Source: Lepidodermella squamata
Taxonomy: Eukaryota; Animalia; Gastrotricha
Reading direction: 5' to 3'
Length of the DNA: 64,000 nt
Assembly (NCBI GenBank): GCA_047495785.1
Contig: JBLDXI010000019.1
Coordinates: 3,559,881 to 3,623,880, forward strand
This document shows, piece after piece, positions 37,551 through 48,685 of the stretch. Made by a program: the position numbers and the translations under genes. Each line of letters begins with the position of its first letter. The first letter of the stretch is position 1. The notes under the pieces are model-generated. The model was not told the origin of the DNA. It did not search any database and saw only the letters and a list, made by a program, of their open reading frames with translations.

Positions 37551-40500
37551 TCACCCACCCCCACAGTTGAAGATTCTACTTTTTCCAAAAAATTCATAAT
37601 CATTCATTGAGTCAACAATGTTGCGCCATTCAATTTTATCAAAAGAAAGTAATTCAGTCAATTGAAGATCAGGAATAATTTTAATTTCAAATTTATTTTC
37701 TTTTTCGCCGGATTTTTTGTTTTTAGCTGGCTTTTTGCCTTTCTGATTTTTGGGTTGTCTTTTCTTCCGGCGAACTTCCTTAACAATGCCAACCTTGTGT
37801 AGACTTCTGTTTATGCCGTTTATCCACCTAGTTCGAGGTCTGCCTCTCGGTGCGAACCACCCGAACGGAGGTGTCCACGTATAAATCAAGTTCAGAAGGC
37901 CGTACTCATCGTAATCACGAGATCTAATGATGTGTCCTAGATATCTTAAACGCTGTTTTTCAATGATGCGGCTGACTTCGATCAGACCTCCGCACAATGC
38001 CAATCTAATGTCAATGTTAGGAATATAATCCATCAGGTGTATACCTAAAATCGCTCGTAGCCAACGATATTCTAAAACATTCAACCTATTTTCCTGGCTT
38101 AAAGAAATATTCCAGGATTCGCAGGCGTAAATGATGGTAGGTACGATGACGCAAGTGAGTACTTTCAATTTGGTTTGTAATGACACATGATTCCTACTGC
38201 ACATGAATTTATTCATCGCACCAAATACGCTGCCAGCCTTTGAAATTCTATAATTTAATTCTTCGTCAATGCGACCGTCGCTGGTTATAATGCTACCTAA
38301 GTATTTGAATTTGGAAACCTTTTCCAGTTTCGATCCGCGCAGCTCTAGTTCATAATTTCTTACTGCAGCATCGTCCCTGGAAATGATCATGTATTGAGTT
38401 TTTGCCACGTTAATTTTCAATCCTAATTCTTCGCATGCCATGTCAAAAATTTCTAGAAGGCGCTTAATTTCGTCATGGTTCATGCCTAGGAGAGTTCCAT
38501 CATCGGCGAAAGCTAATAAATTTAGATAATCACCGTTGTTCATAGGGAAACCAAATTTTGTGTCGTATAATTTTTCGCAAATTTTGTTAAAAGTAGCAAT
38601 GAAAAGCAGAGGGGACAGCGGGCAGCCTTGCCTTAGACCCCTAGTTACATAGAAAAAATCGGAGACCTCAGAATCCACTTTTACCGCAACTTTATTTACT
38701 TTATATAGACTCTTAATCGCGTCAATAAGGCTAGTTTCAACACCCATGTTTTCCAAGGCTGTCCAAACCTTTTCCCTATCAACCAGATCATAGGCTTTTT
38801 CGAGGTCAATGAAGACAAGATGAAGTTCTTTGCGAAAGAAAATAATTTTTTCAATTATTTGTCTAAGAACAAAAATACAATCACGGGTGCCTTTAAGAGG
38901 CTGAAATCCGAATTGTAATTTGGAGATTTTCGATCCAATCAAAGACCTTAGTTTTCTTTCGAGGATAACAGCATAAAGTTTACCTACAACAGAAAGCAGA
39001 CTGATGCCTCGATAGTTTTGGCACTTGGATTTTTCACCCTTATTTTTATAAATCGGAGTAATAAGGGCGGTGGACCATTCCTCGGGGACCTTCTTTTCCC
39101 GCCAGGCTTGATTTAAAATTTCACCTAACCATTTGGTATTTGCTTCTGACAAAGCTTTGATCATCTCAGGTCTAATTTCGTCAATACCCGGGGCCTTCCC
39201 GTTTTTCATGTGATCAATAGCTCCCTCAATTTCGGCCTGGGTAATTTCGGTGAGATTAGTTAAATCGGGTGGTTCGGGTTCAGGATCGGGGTCATGAGGT
39301 TGGTTCTCTAGTCCCTCTAAGAGGTCCATGAAATAACTTTTCATCACTTCCAAGATTTCGTCAATACTGTCCGTTAGCGAGCCATCCGATTTTTCGAGTG
39401 GGTCTGGTTCACCTTTACTTCTTCCTTCGCCTCGGATTCGCTTGATTTCATGCCAAAATTTTTTGATGTTATCGTAATCAAAGGGATTTTCCAGAAGTTT
39501 ATCTAGTTCGGCAAATTCGTTCTGGTCTTTCAAGAGTTTCACTCGCTCTAGAGCATGGTTTTTCTGGTTCCTATTTCGCGTGAATTCCTCTCTTGAAATA
39601 CGGCCCTTGGTATAATTTTTAAAATTTTCCTTGCCTTTTTGAATGATTTCATTGGCTAATGGGGACCACCACGGGGGTTTTTCACTGACCGTGCCAACTT
39701 TCCTTTCACCGCAGGTTTCCCTAGCGGTGTCAAGAAGATTAGACTTGGTAGCAGACCAGTTTTCTTCAATAGATTTTGGCTCGTTCGACAAAATTCGAGT
39801 GTTAACAGTTAAATTTTCATTGAATTTTCCAGCGTATTCTTCTTTTCGCAATAAATGGTGCTTGATCGACTTTTTAATAATTTCTTTCTTTCGATTGAAA
39901 TTTGGGCAGTCGATGACGCCTCTGACCAGCCTATGATCTGATTCAAGAATGGGTGTTTCTTCAATGTCGCAGAATGAAAATTTGTCTTTAAAGTTCTTAT
40001 CAATCAGGATATAATCGAGAAATGATCTTTTTCGTCTGGCCCCGTTGCCCCTCTGCCATGTGTAACCGGTATTTGGAAAGTATGTATTAATAAAGCATAA
40101 ATTGTTACTGTTCGCAAATTCTATCCACAAATCGCCTTTATCGTTGCCAATTTTGTCACCATAAGGTCCTACTGTTTTTGAGCTCTCTGTGCTAAAAATA
40201 CGTCCATTCAGATCGCCCATTATTATAGTAAAACCCTTTTTCGCACTTATCCTAGCGTACTCTTGTTGTAAGACATGGAGAAAAGCGTCTAATGTTTTAG
40301 TACAAGTAGTAGCCGGTGCGTACACAGAAATAATATTATAAACTTCGCGATTGACTTTAAGCCTCACAGAAATAATACGTTCATTTAAGGGATTGACATC
40401 AATAATAGTGATGTTTTTACAGCGACGAACATAAACAGCTGCCCCAGCCTGGGCTCTACCATCATTTACGCCACTATAAAACAGAGTACCGTGCCTTAGA

Positions 40501-40772
40501 TTTAATTTGCCTCGTCCTTTGAAGCAATGTTCTTGCACAGCGACTGCATCATATTTACAAAATTCGAAATCGGCTTCTTCTTCCTTTTCATTCAAGGTGG
40601 CAATGTTAAGGGTACAAATTTTAAATGGGACAAATGAATTTTCAGTAATTTTTGATTCGCGCAAAATTGTTGATCTCTTACTTTTTCGTCGATTTTTTCG
40701 TCTTTTCCTCTTCGCCTTGCCTTCGCCCTTCCCAGTCTTCTCATCCGGAAAAAAATTATCAATGTTGTTCAA
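37551..40772 (-). CDS. LINE ORF2: AP endonuclease plus reverse transcriptase
   Basis: TLNI, VQE, SVYAP, MGDLN, LDYI and SDH (APE); KAPGID, NYRGISLL, QFGF, FIDLEKAYD, GLRQGCPLSPLLF, LAFADD, FKYLGS (RT); C-terminal RGRPRTRW. Confidence 0.97.
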   Translation of the reverse strand: MNNIDNFFPDEKTGKGEGKAKRKRRKNRRKSKRSTILRESKITENSFVPFKICTLNIATLNEKEEEADFEFCKYDAVAVQEHCFKGRGKLNLRHGTLFYSGVNDGRAQAGAAVYVRRCKNITIIDVNPLNERIISVRLKVNREVYNIISVYAPATTCTKTLDAFLHVLQQEYARISAKKGFTIIMGDLNGRIFSTESSKTVGPYGDKIGNDKGDLWIEFANSNNLCFINTYFPNTGYTWQRGNGARRKRSFLDYILIDKNFKDKFSFCDIEETPILESDHRLVRGVIDCPNFNRKKEIIKKSIKHHLLRKEEYAGKFNENLTVNTRILSNEPKSIEENWSATKSNLLDTARETCGERKVGTVSEKPPWWSPLANEIIQKGKENFKNYTKGRISREEFTRNRNQKNHALERVKLLKDQNEFAELDKLLENPFDYDNIKKFWHEIKRIRGEGRSKGEPDPLEKSDGSLTDSIDEILEVMKSYFMDLLEGLENQPHDPDPEPEPPDLTNLTEITQAEIEGAIDHMKNGKAPGIDEIRPEMIKALSEANTKWLGEILNQAWREKKVPEEWSTALITPIYKNKGEKSKCQNYRGISLLSVVGKLYAVILERKLRSLIGSKISKLQFGFQPLKGTRDCIFVLRQIIEKIIFFRKELHLVFIDLEKAYDLVDREKVWTALENMGVETSLIDAIKSLYKVNKVAVKVDSEVSDFFYVTRGLRQGCPLSPLLFIATFNKICEKLYDTKFGFPMNNGDYLNLLAFADDGTLLGMNHDEIKRLLEIFDMACEELGLKINVAKTQYMIISRDDAAVRNYELELRGSKLEKVSKFKYLGSIITSDGRIDEELNYRISKAGSVFGAMNKFMCSRNHVSLQTKLKVLTCVIVPTIIYACESWNISLSQENRLNVLEYRWLRAILGIHLMDYIPNIDIRLALCGGLIEVSRIIEKQRLRYLGHIIRSRDYDEYGLLNLIYTWTPPFGWFAPRGRPRTRWINGINRSLHKVGIVKEVRRKKRQPKNQKGKKPAKNKKSGEKENKFEIKIIPDLQLTELLSFDKIEWRNIVDSMNDYEFFGKSRIFNCGGG

Positions 40773-40826
40773 TTCATCAAATTTGTTATTGAGCAGAATC
40801 GGTTTCGGGAGTGGGTGATATCGTGA

Positions 40827-41717
40827 CTAGTAATAGAACGGCATCCTGTGTTGCTGCGGGTGGCCGCCGTAGCCGTAGCCGTTGTTGTTGCGGTTGAAGT
40901 TGAAAGTGCCGTGTTGGTTGTTGCGGTAATCGTTGTTGCTGTTGAAGTTGTTGAAACCGCCGCGATTTCGAGGCGGCCCGCGGTATTGCTGTTGGTAAAA
41001 CCCGTTGTTGTTGTTGTTATTCACACATTGCTTCCCGATGTGGCCGTAGCCTTGACAGCGCCAGCATTGTGGTCCCGGCGGGTGAGGTTCAGGCGGGCGT
41101 GTCGTCACGGGTGGTTTGTAGTCTTCCAACGGTTCGTGTCTCGACACGAGTTGATTTGCCTCGGAGCAATATTGCTTGATGTAGGCGCTGCCTTGCATAA
41201 GATTAGCGCCGCGAATCTCTAGACCTTCGATTCCTTGGTCTTCATAGGCCTTTTTCTCGCTCGCTAGTTCTTCTTGGACAGCCTTCATATGTCCAGTTGC
41301 GGGGTGCTTCGCCTTCAGGGGTGTTTTCCAAGACTTCGCTTCAAATAGAACGCGCTCCTTTGATCTTCGAGCATCTTGAACGAATTCGATAATGATCGTA
41401 CCGTCCGCTTTTCTTTCTTTTATCATCCAGCTCGTGATTTCTTGCGGGATAAGTTTTCGCACCTCTTCTCGCCAGTTGGTTTCTGGGATGCCAGAGATTT
41501 CCAACAGATCCTGGTTAAGGATTTTTTCCACCATATGATCCGCCTTTTCTTTTTCTTTCTTGGCTTGCTTCGACTCCAGTACCGAGATGACATCGCATTG
41601 GAGGCCAGAGACCAGTCGTCTCAACTTTTCGCGTTCCTCCGGGCTGACTTCCAGCTCGTCGATTGCCTTGTTGAGAGCGATGAATTTCTCGGCCGTTCCA
41701 GTGCCAGATTGAGCCAT
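40827..41717 (-). CDS. LINE ORF1: coiled coil, CCHC zinc knuckle, Asn/Gly/Tyr-rich tail
   Basis: CWRCQGYGHIGKQC; position directly upstream of ORF2. Confidence 0.88.
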   Translation of the reverse strand: MAQSGTGTAEKFIALNKAIDELEVSPEEREKLRRLVSGLQCDVISVLESKQAKKEKEKADHMVEKILNQDLLEISGIPETNWREEVRKLIPQEITSWMIKERKADGTIIIEFVQDARRSKERVLFEAKSWKTPLKAKHPATGHMKAVQEELASEKKAYEDQGIEGLEIRGANLMQGSAYIKQYCSEANQLVSRHEPLEDYKPPVTTRPPEPHPPGPQCWRCQGYGHIGKQCVNNNNNNGFYQQQYRGPPRNRGGFNNFNSNNDYRNNQHGTFNFNRNNNGYGYGGHPQQHRMPFYY

Positions 41718-42184
41718 CGTTTATAATTATTTCAATTAAAAAACCTTAGACACAAATCAAATTCGCAGATGGTTATATTTTTACAGTATAAGAATATTCT
41801 TGAATATTCATGCATGAGACCAGCATGACACCCCGTTTGCATGGCGGGGTTCAAGCTGCGGCGTCCTACCTACGTCTCATGATTTATTGCGGATAATGGA
41901 TGTGGAAGTGCTCTTAGCTTGTTCAAAACAGCTTTCATGCTATTTACAAGCTCGATACTTCTGGAGTCCAAACAGATTTACAGTATAACATTGTTGAAAG
42001 ATTTAGTTTTATAAATGATGATGGCTGGGCCTTTAAATTTTGCCGTAGGCGGCGTGGCGGAGCGATTAGGATGCCATGGCTGCAAACCCCCACCTCGAGC
42101 GACTCGCAAAGCTTTAAACCATCAGTTTGTTTTTCAATGGTTGAGAAAATAAAGATTTGAGAATCGAGATTCGAGTACTTATCG

Positions 42185-45100
42185 ATGAGAATCGTGGCAA
42201 TAGCTATCAGCTTATCGGCATTTTGTCATCTGGCTAACTCGCAAGTTACGTTATGCTCAAATGCTAAATTTCAGCCACAATACTCATTCAACGATACGTC
42301 ATCATTTAACGCATCTTGGATTCGTGATCATTATGCATGGTCGAATGAGACAATCTACCCCGAAATCGTGAGGTTTCGGCCATATTCTGGGTATAATACC
42401 TATTTTTTCGGCCAATGGGTGAACACGAGAGAGGTATCAGAGGGCTCAAATCACATAGTAAATGACAGCTAAACAGTTCGAAAATATTTTTAGAAATTCC
42501 TTTTGGACGATTTCTATGTGGAATTAACAATAGCCAGCGGAAACTTCAGCAATTCATCGCAGAACCCAGGAATTGGCATTTTTTTGCGCAACTCGCACGC
42601 TGCTTTATTCGGATATGAATTCAACATCGATTTCACTACTCAAATAGGTTTGCTTTCTACTTGTCATGTAGTGCCCTACGCCCTATGTATGCATAATTTC
42701 CGTCTTTATTTTTTTCGATCTTTTCTTGGAATTGATTGGTAGAAAGGTAGACTTTTTCCAGAGGGGAAAGGGGATAACGATTTCAGCTTAGCGTTGGATA
42801 TTTTTTACGTTAATTTGAACGAAAATGGTCCATGGTTTGCTTAAATTTCGGTAGATCCTGGGTTACCCAGTCCAGCATCTGAAAAGCCGAAAAAGGGGTA
42901 AAATCGAATGGTACTTAGTTGTTCAGCTTCCCCGTTTTCAACGGCCGAACAAAGCCGAGAACTTCTGTTTGAATTTTTGTTCGGCGTTGTTCGGGCATGT
43001 TCACAGCTTGCGATATAAATTCCAGAAAAAAAAATTGAACAAATCTGTGGACGCGGTGGGATTTGAACGATGATTCACACATCCCACACGCAGCCTCTTT
43101 CACCACTAAGCCGCCTGCTTCCAAGGCTTTGTCTTGGAATCAGAGACCGATTTTTTACTATTTAACTGCCTAAACGCCTATCTCGGAAACTGTGATGGCT
43201 ATGAAGATTCTGAAAAGCACATTTTCAGGCCCGCCTACGTTACGGCTCCGCGCGCGCTCCTATTGGACGGCCATTTCGCGCACACTGTTACGCAACGCAC
43301 GAGCTGACCAATAGGAGCGCGCGCAGAGCCGTAACGTAGGCGGGCCTGAAAATGTGCTTTTCAGAATCTTCATAGCCATCACAGTTTCCGAGATAGAACT
43401 AAGTACCATTCGATTTTACCCCTTTTTGAATTTTTGTTCGGTCTTGTTGTGGCATGATTACAGCTTGCGATATAAATGGGTGGGATTTGAACCATCATTC
43501 ACACATCCCACACGCAGCCTCTTTCACCACTAAGCCGCCTGCTTCCAAGGCTTTGTCTTGGAATCAGAGACCGATTTTTTACTATTTAACTGCCTAAACG
43601 CCTATCTCGGAAACTGTGATGGCTATGAAGATTCTGAAAAGCACATTTTCCGAAGTGCGAATTCTTCCGCGACGTGAACGCCTAAACATGAAGGATAGAG
43701 CAAGGCGAAGTTCATCATACGCAGAATCATTTGTAGCAATTATGTACTGGAGAAATCGCTAAATTGTTTGTCGCCAAGGATAATAACCACTTTCTTAATA
43801 TTAAATTACCAGGGATGGGCATCTTCATGTCACCCTTGAATAAGGGTGTATTCGGTGGCTGGGTTACACCAAATCCGGACTTCGGGAAATGGGGAAGTTG
43901 GCAATGGCTCAACAAGTCTTGCGGCGCCTTTGAATGGTGCTGGCCAGCATCGCAAGCTTTTGTTAATACTTACATGAGGAATCAGAAAGTCACATGGAAG
44001 CTCCGAGTGCAGTTGGCTAATCTTTCGTTAGAAGTTTGCATTTTCAACACTAATAATTGCACGCGAACCTTGAGCAACATCGCAATGCCCACATCCTTCC
44101 AATCCTACTTCGGAATTATGAACCCATACTTGGTTGTTTCCACCGCGCTTTCTAACAGCAGCTCCCCAATCGGCCTATATTCCATCAACGTTTGGGATTG
44201 TGGGAAATCTCAATCAACAACACGTCTGACGGTAAATATAAGTATTTTCAGCATAGAGTATCAATTATGTGAATCAATAAGGTTCCGAAGCGCAGACTGA
44301 TGTGCTCAATGGGGGCGTTTCGGCCTCAACTCTCATTTCAAAGCATCTCTGACTTGACGAATTATTGGAGCTACTACTCATATAGTATTCGGAATATTTC
44401 TGATGTTTTGTGGCCTCAAGAGCCATGCTCCCAACGCCTTAGACGAGAAAACGACAGGATTGGAGCGCTATGGGGCAATACAGTAACCACCTTATCTTAC
44501 ATATTACTTTCTTTTTGATGGGGTGATATGGTAAGAAATAAGCAACCCAAGAGAAACAAATTTCACTTTGATTTCTCATGCGAATCCATTGTTAAGCTGA
44601 AGTTTTCAGCGTGAACAACCATGCGACCATGCTGAGCCCGAATTTAGCATGCCCCGACCCCGCAAACGTGTCCTCGGTTGAGATACTGGAACCCCAAGAG
44701 GCAGGCGACGCGACGCCCGGCGACCGGAATTTTTGAATTTCCCCACAAACGCGTCGCCATGGAAAATATTTAAATTCAAATAATAAAAATTTGATTTAGT
44801 AATAAAATAACAGTTTAAAAATGTTTTCGAATTTTAAATTAAATTGCGTTCAAAATCAGAAAGCGCACTATTTGTTTTTTGGCATTTTTGACACTGCGGA
44901 TTTGACGGATTCGAAATCTGGCATTTTTCGCTCGAGTAGTGTGCGTGAGTGTCCGATCTGTACCATCATTGTCGATGCTTAGAGTAATAGTGCGTTGTCT
45001 ATTCCTCCAGATTTCGCGCAAAAGTCCACTGTGATACTTCGAGTGCGCGCTTGAAGTGGCCCGAACTAGGACGTTGTTTTACCTGCTGTCGTACGATTCT

Positions 45101-48047
45101 AATTCGCCGAAAATTCGCTCATTAGTGAATCCACCTTTAGTTCCGTGCAGGACGCAAACATGATTGCGCAACAAAATGAGAATTTATACCACTGTTTTGT
45201 CAATTTTGGAGGGTTCTGGAGCATGTTTTAGTGAAAAATCTCCAAAATGTTGTCGCTTTGCTCGGTTATTAGCCGAAATGACTAGTCATTTTGGCAAATA
45301 CAGCAAACAATTTTTTTCCATCCCTGGCAGCTCGGGGATCGCACCCTGAAGCCCGGCATTTGCACTCGAAGTCTTGATTTTTATCAACTTCATGGCCGAG
45401 TGCGATGATGCTCAAGGGTTACTTTCAAGTATTGCTTTGGCTCTAATAACAGAAAAAAAATTCTCTTTAGATTTAATACGGGGTTCTCACGTGAAAAATC
45501 AATGCAAAACAGTTTTACATGTACCTTAAATATTGCGCAATCAAGTTGAGAGCATGGGCAATTTAAATGTCTCCAATAATTTAAAACGTTTTACCCATTA
45601 ATTTGCCTTGCGGGTGCACCATATTCAATCGATAAAAAATGGTATGATCATTATTTTGGTATAAAAACCGCCCAAATTATGAAAACTAAACTTCTGACAT
45701 CAGTGTGCGCGGCCCTGAAATTCACAAAAATTTCGACTGGGCGTTCGTGAACAAATTCACTTTTACCCTCTGATTGCGCGCAATCATTATTGGCTTCGTG
45801 CACGGAACAAGCGGAATTGAGTCGTCTGGAATTGAGCTCGCGACCGTTTCTGCAAAAAAATGAATTTAGCGCAAAAGAAAATAACGATGAAACATGAACG
45901 TGTATTTTACACTTGTGTTTGTGAACCACACTTTAATTTCTTATCTTTTGCTGTGCTGACAGCACGCGTGATTTGAAACATTTTTATGTGTGTTTATCAC
46001 CAAGTCCATCTCCATTAGTCCCAAGGAACCGTTAGCTAGCCACAAGGAAAACTAAAGAAAAGCTTTGATGATTATCACTTGACGATCACAAAATTATTTA
46101 AGCAATTCGATATTTTAACAGCGCTTCGCATTGAATGATTTCTACTTGGAAGCTGTTATCACCGCTATCCCAACGGGCCGTGCTTATTCCTCATTTTACG
46201 GAGAAGGCATTGTCCTCACTATCACGAACAATGCCAGTATTGTCCGGCCAAATAGCACAGGGTTCTATCAAGTAAACTGGACCAACGATGCTGGGTTTGA
46301 GCCAAGCTCGGATGGTAAGAATTCAGAAAAATTTGTTCAGCCCCCTTTTCTTCCTTCTCCAACATCATGGTTTGTAGGTTTGACAGTTTACGTACCTTTC
46401 CGGCGTAGCTTTGGTGAATACTATTTCGATTCGCCAGCCGTGAATACTCGCAAAGGGGCATTCATCACAGCCAACAATAATTCTGACTACCGTTTTGGCT
46501 ATTACAACGCCACTGATGCTTGTTTCACAACGGATCAGCTTTTCGTCGAGACTTACCTTACAGCGAAATCTCTATGGCAGATACGATTGCGTGGTAGAGA
46601 GTTCGTCATGGATGTTTGCCGGTTCGGCACACCGTACTGCACTAGAATGTTCAATGTCACATTGAGTCGACAGATCGATTTCCAAGTGGAGAATATGGCC
46701 TTTGGAATTATTGGTTATGGTGATTATAACGCATTGATAGCAACAGTCGATGTTAACTCAGTCGGAGTATGGGACTGTTCGACAAACACATCATCAGCAG
46801 TTTCAGATTGGGATTATCTGCCGTTAACACCATGCTCGAACGAAAACTTGACATCAAGCACCTCAAGTTCATCAACCACTTCAACTACGCCTGCACCAAG
46901 TACTTCGACTTCAACTCCAACGTCATCCAAAACAACATCAACAGCTTCAAGTTCCACGACTACTGTTGCTGCTACTCCTTCAACGACAATTAGTTCAACT
47001 CAACCCTTGATAGCGACTACAGTTGCTTATAGAGTATCCGCATCGGTATCAAATCTTGCAACGGCAACCCGCGATTCCTTGAGCGAAGGGGATGGTTATC
47101 TGGCTAGTTGGCTCCCGCCGAAAACTGGTTTGTCAGCTGGAATATGGTCGTCTTGTTCGACAACGTGCAGCATCGGAGTTCAATGGCGACTTACTTCGAA
47201 TGGCTCGAAAGAGTACCAACAATGCAGCTCAACTACTCGATGCGCAACTGCGGCAGATGAAGCAACCAGAGGCGTTGATTTACTGTACAAACCTGTTCCG
47301 ACTATTGATGGCTACTTCAAGATCAGAGGCTCAATCAAAACCAAGGTTGCGACGAAACTGAACCCATTTTGCAGATCGAATTACGCAAAATGCTGCCCAG
47401 GCTACACGAACAACAAAACACCGACTTCAAACTACGTCGAGGCCGATGAGTTGATCGATTCGAACTACGCGAACACGTCGAAGAAAGCCGATGGTTGCTG
47501 TTTCAGAATCACGTATGTCCTCAGTAAGACCTCGACTACCAAATTCTGTGAATCCTTTGGAGTGCTGAAGATTTCTGGTCGTAAGAAGCGCGCTGCTGTT
47601 GATGATGCTTCCATCAGCCAGGAAGATTTCAGCAAAGTCATGGATGAGAGCGAGCCAGATTTGAAGAGCATGATGTTGGCTGAGTTTGGCTTTACTGGGG
47701 ATTTCAGCACATGCCTGCCAACTGATAACCCATGTGTTAGCGAGGATGTTGTACTCGCTCAGGGGCTTACAAAAGGCAATGGAACAACTGATGGCGCCGC
47801 GAATATTGGCATCATTATCGGTTCAGTGGTTGGAGGCGCCGCTGGACTGGTCGGGATCAGTGTTCTCGTCTATTGCTGCTGCTGTAGGAAGCAAAATACA
47901 CCGATGAACAAAGTTGCGGACTCCGGTGTAAGGCGATCGCCTACTGCAGCTGCTCGATCCTTGCAACATTACGAGAAGAATAATTCGTATTTGAAAGATG
48001 TCGCAGTTAAAGCCAAGGCAGCTGAGCAACTTTCTGCTAATCGCTGA
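42185..48047 (+). CDS. Type I membrane protein, paralog 3 (same architecture as paralog 2), multi-exon with repeat-expanded introns
   Basis: MRIVAIAISLSAFCHLANSQ signal peptide; exon ORFs at 42503, 43764..44300 and 44300..44518; terminal ORF 46131..48047 with WSSCSTTCSIGVQWR, GRKKRAA and a TM helix followed by YCCCC. Confidence 0.85.
43048..43650 (-). repeat. Two tRNA-related (SINE-like) segments around a ~220-bp palindrome (~43178-43396)
   Basis: Minus strand GGCTTAGTGG (A box) ... GTTCAAATCCCACC (B box) at ~43055-43112 and ~43478-43536; ~170-bp direct repeat and long inverted arms. Confidence 0.55.
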
Positions 48048-48189
48048 TGAAAAGGGCGATGCTGATGGGAAACTGACATTATCGTGAACCCCAGTCATTA
48101 ATAGCCCTATTAATAGCCCTATCGGCTATTTTTGCGCTGATAGAAAAACTAATAATATATGTTTCGTCCTGTTTCTCGTGGGGTTTTAA

Positions 48190-48685
48190 AACTTTAACTG
48201 CCAAAAATAGACAGCGAGATCCGATATTGGGGTCTAATTCCTGGGTCTGTCAAAAAGTCATTTTTTCGGGTCAACGATGCGTCGAGGGGCAAAATGCCTG
48301 ACGGCAAAGTGTAGGCCATGACCTGGCGGTTCTTTTGACACCGAATTCGGGGCCACAGGGTCTGAGCAGGTTATTGAAAATGACAGTGAAAAAACGTCGA
48401 AATTTTTGATTGGAGCCAAAAATCAGACCCAAGAATTGGACCTAATTATTAGACCCAGATTATGGCGCAACAATCGAAATTTCACTGTTTTTCAAGTTTG
48501 ATTTCTGTGCGTTCCTTGATGTCTTTGGCTCCAAATATGATGTCAAAAGAAGCGCCAGCCTACACTTTGCTGCCAGGCATTTTGCCCCTCGACGCATCGT
48601 TGACCCGAAAAAAATGACTTTTTGACAGACCCAGGAATTTGACCCAAATATCGGACCGAGCAGTCTATTTTTGGCAGTTAAAGTG
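48190..48685. mobile_element. piggyBac-like MITE with long inverted arms
   Basis: TTAA-flanked (A/C)ACTTTAACTGCCAAAAATAGAC termini; inverted similarity extends well over 100 bp. Confidence 0.8.

Larger units (their letters stand above)
37450..41776 (-). mobile_element. Apparently full-length non-LTR retrotransposon (RTE-like LINE)
   Basis: ORF1 plus ORF2; AATAAA followed by an (ATT)n tail at the 3' end; 9-bp TSD ATTTTTACA (37441-37449, 41777-41785). Confidence 0.9.
36393..41881. mobile_element. P-like non-autonomous element containing a piggyBac-like MITE and the LINE
   Basis: TIR CATGAGACGTAG(C/G)TAGG; perfect 8-bp TSD ATTTATTG (36385-36392, 41882-41889). Confidence 0.75.

Noticed and set aside
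43048-43120. Functional tRNA gene
   Set aside because: A/B boxes are present but I could not build a convincing cloverleaf, and it is embedded in a duplicated repeat
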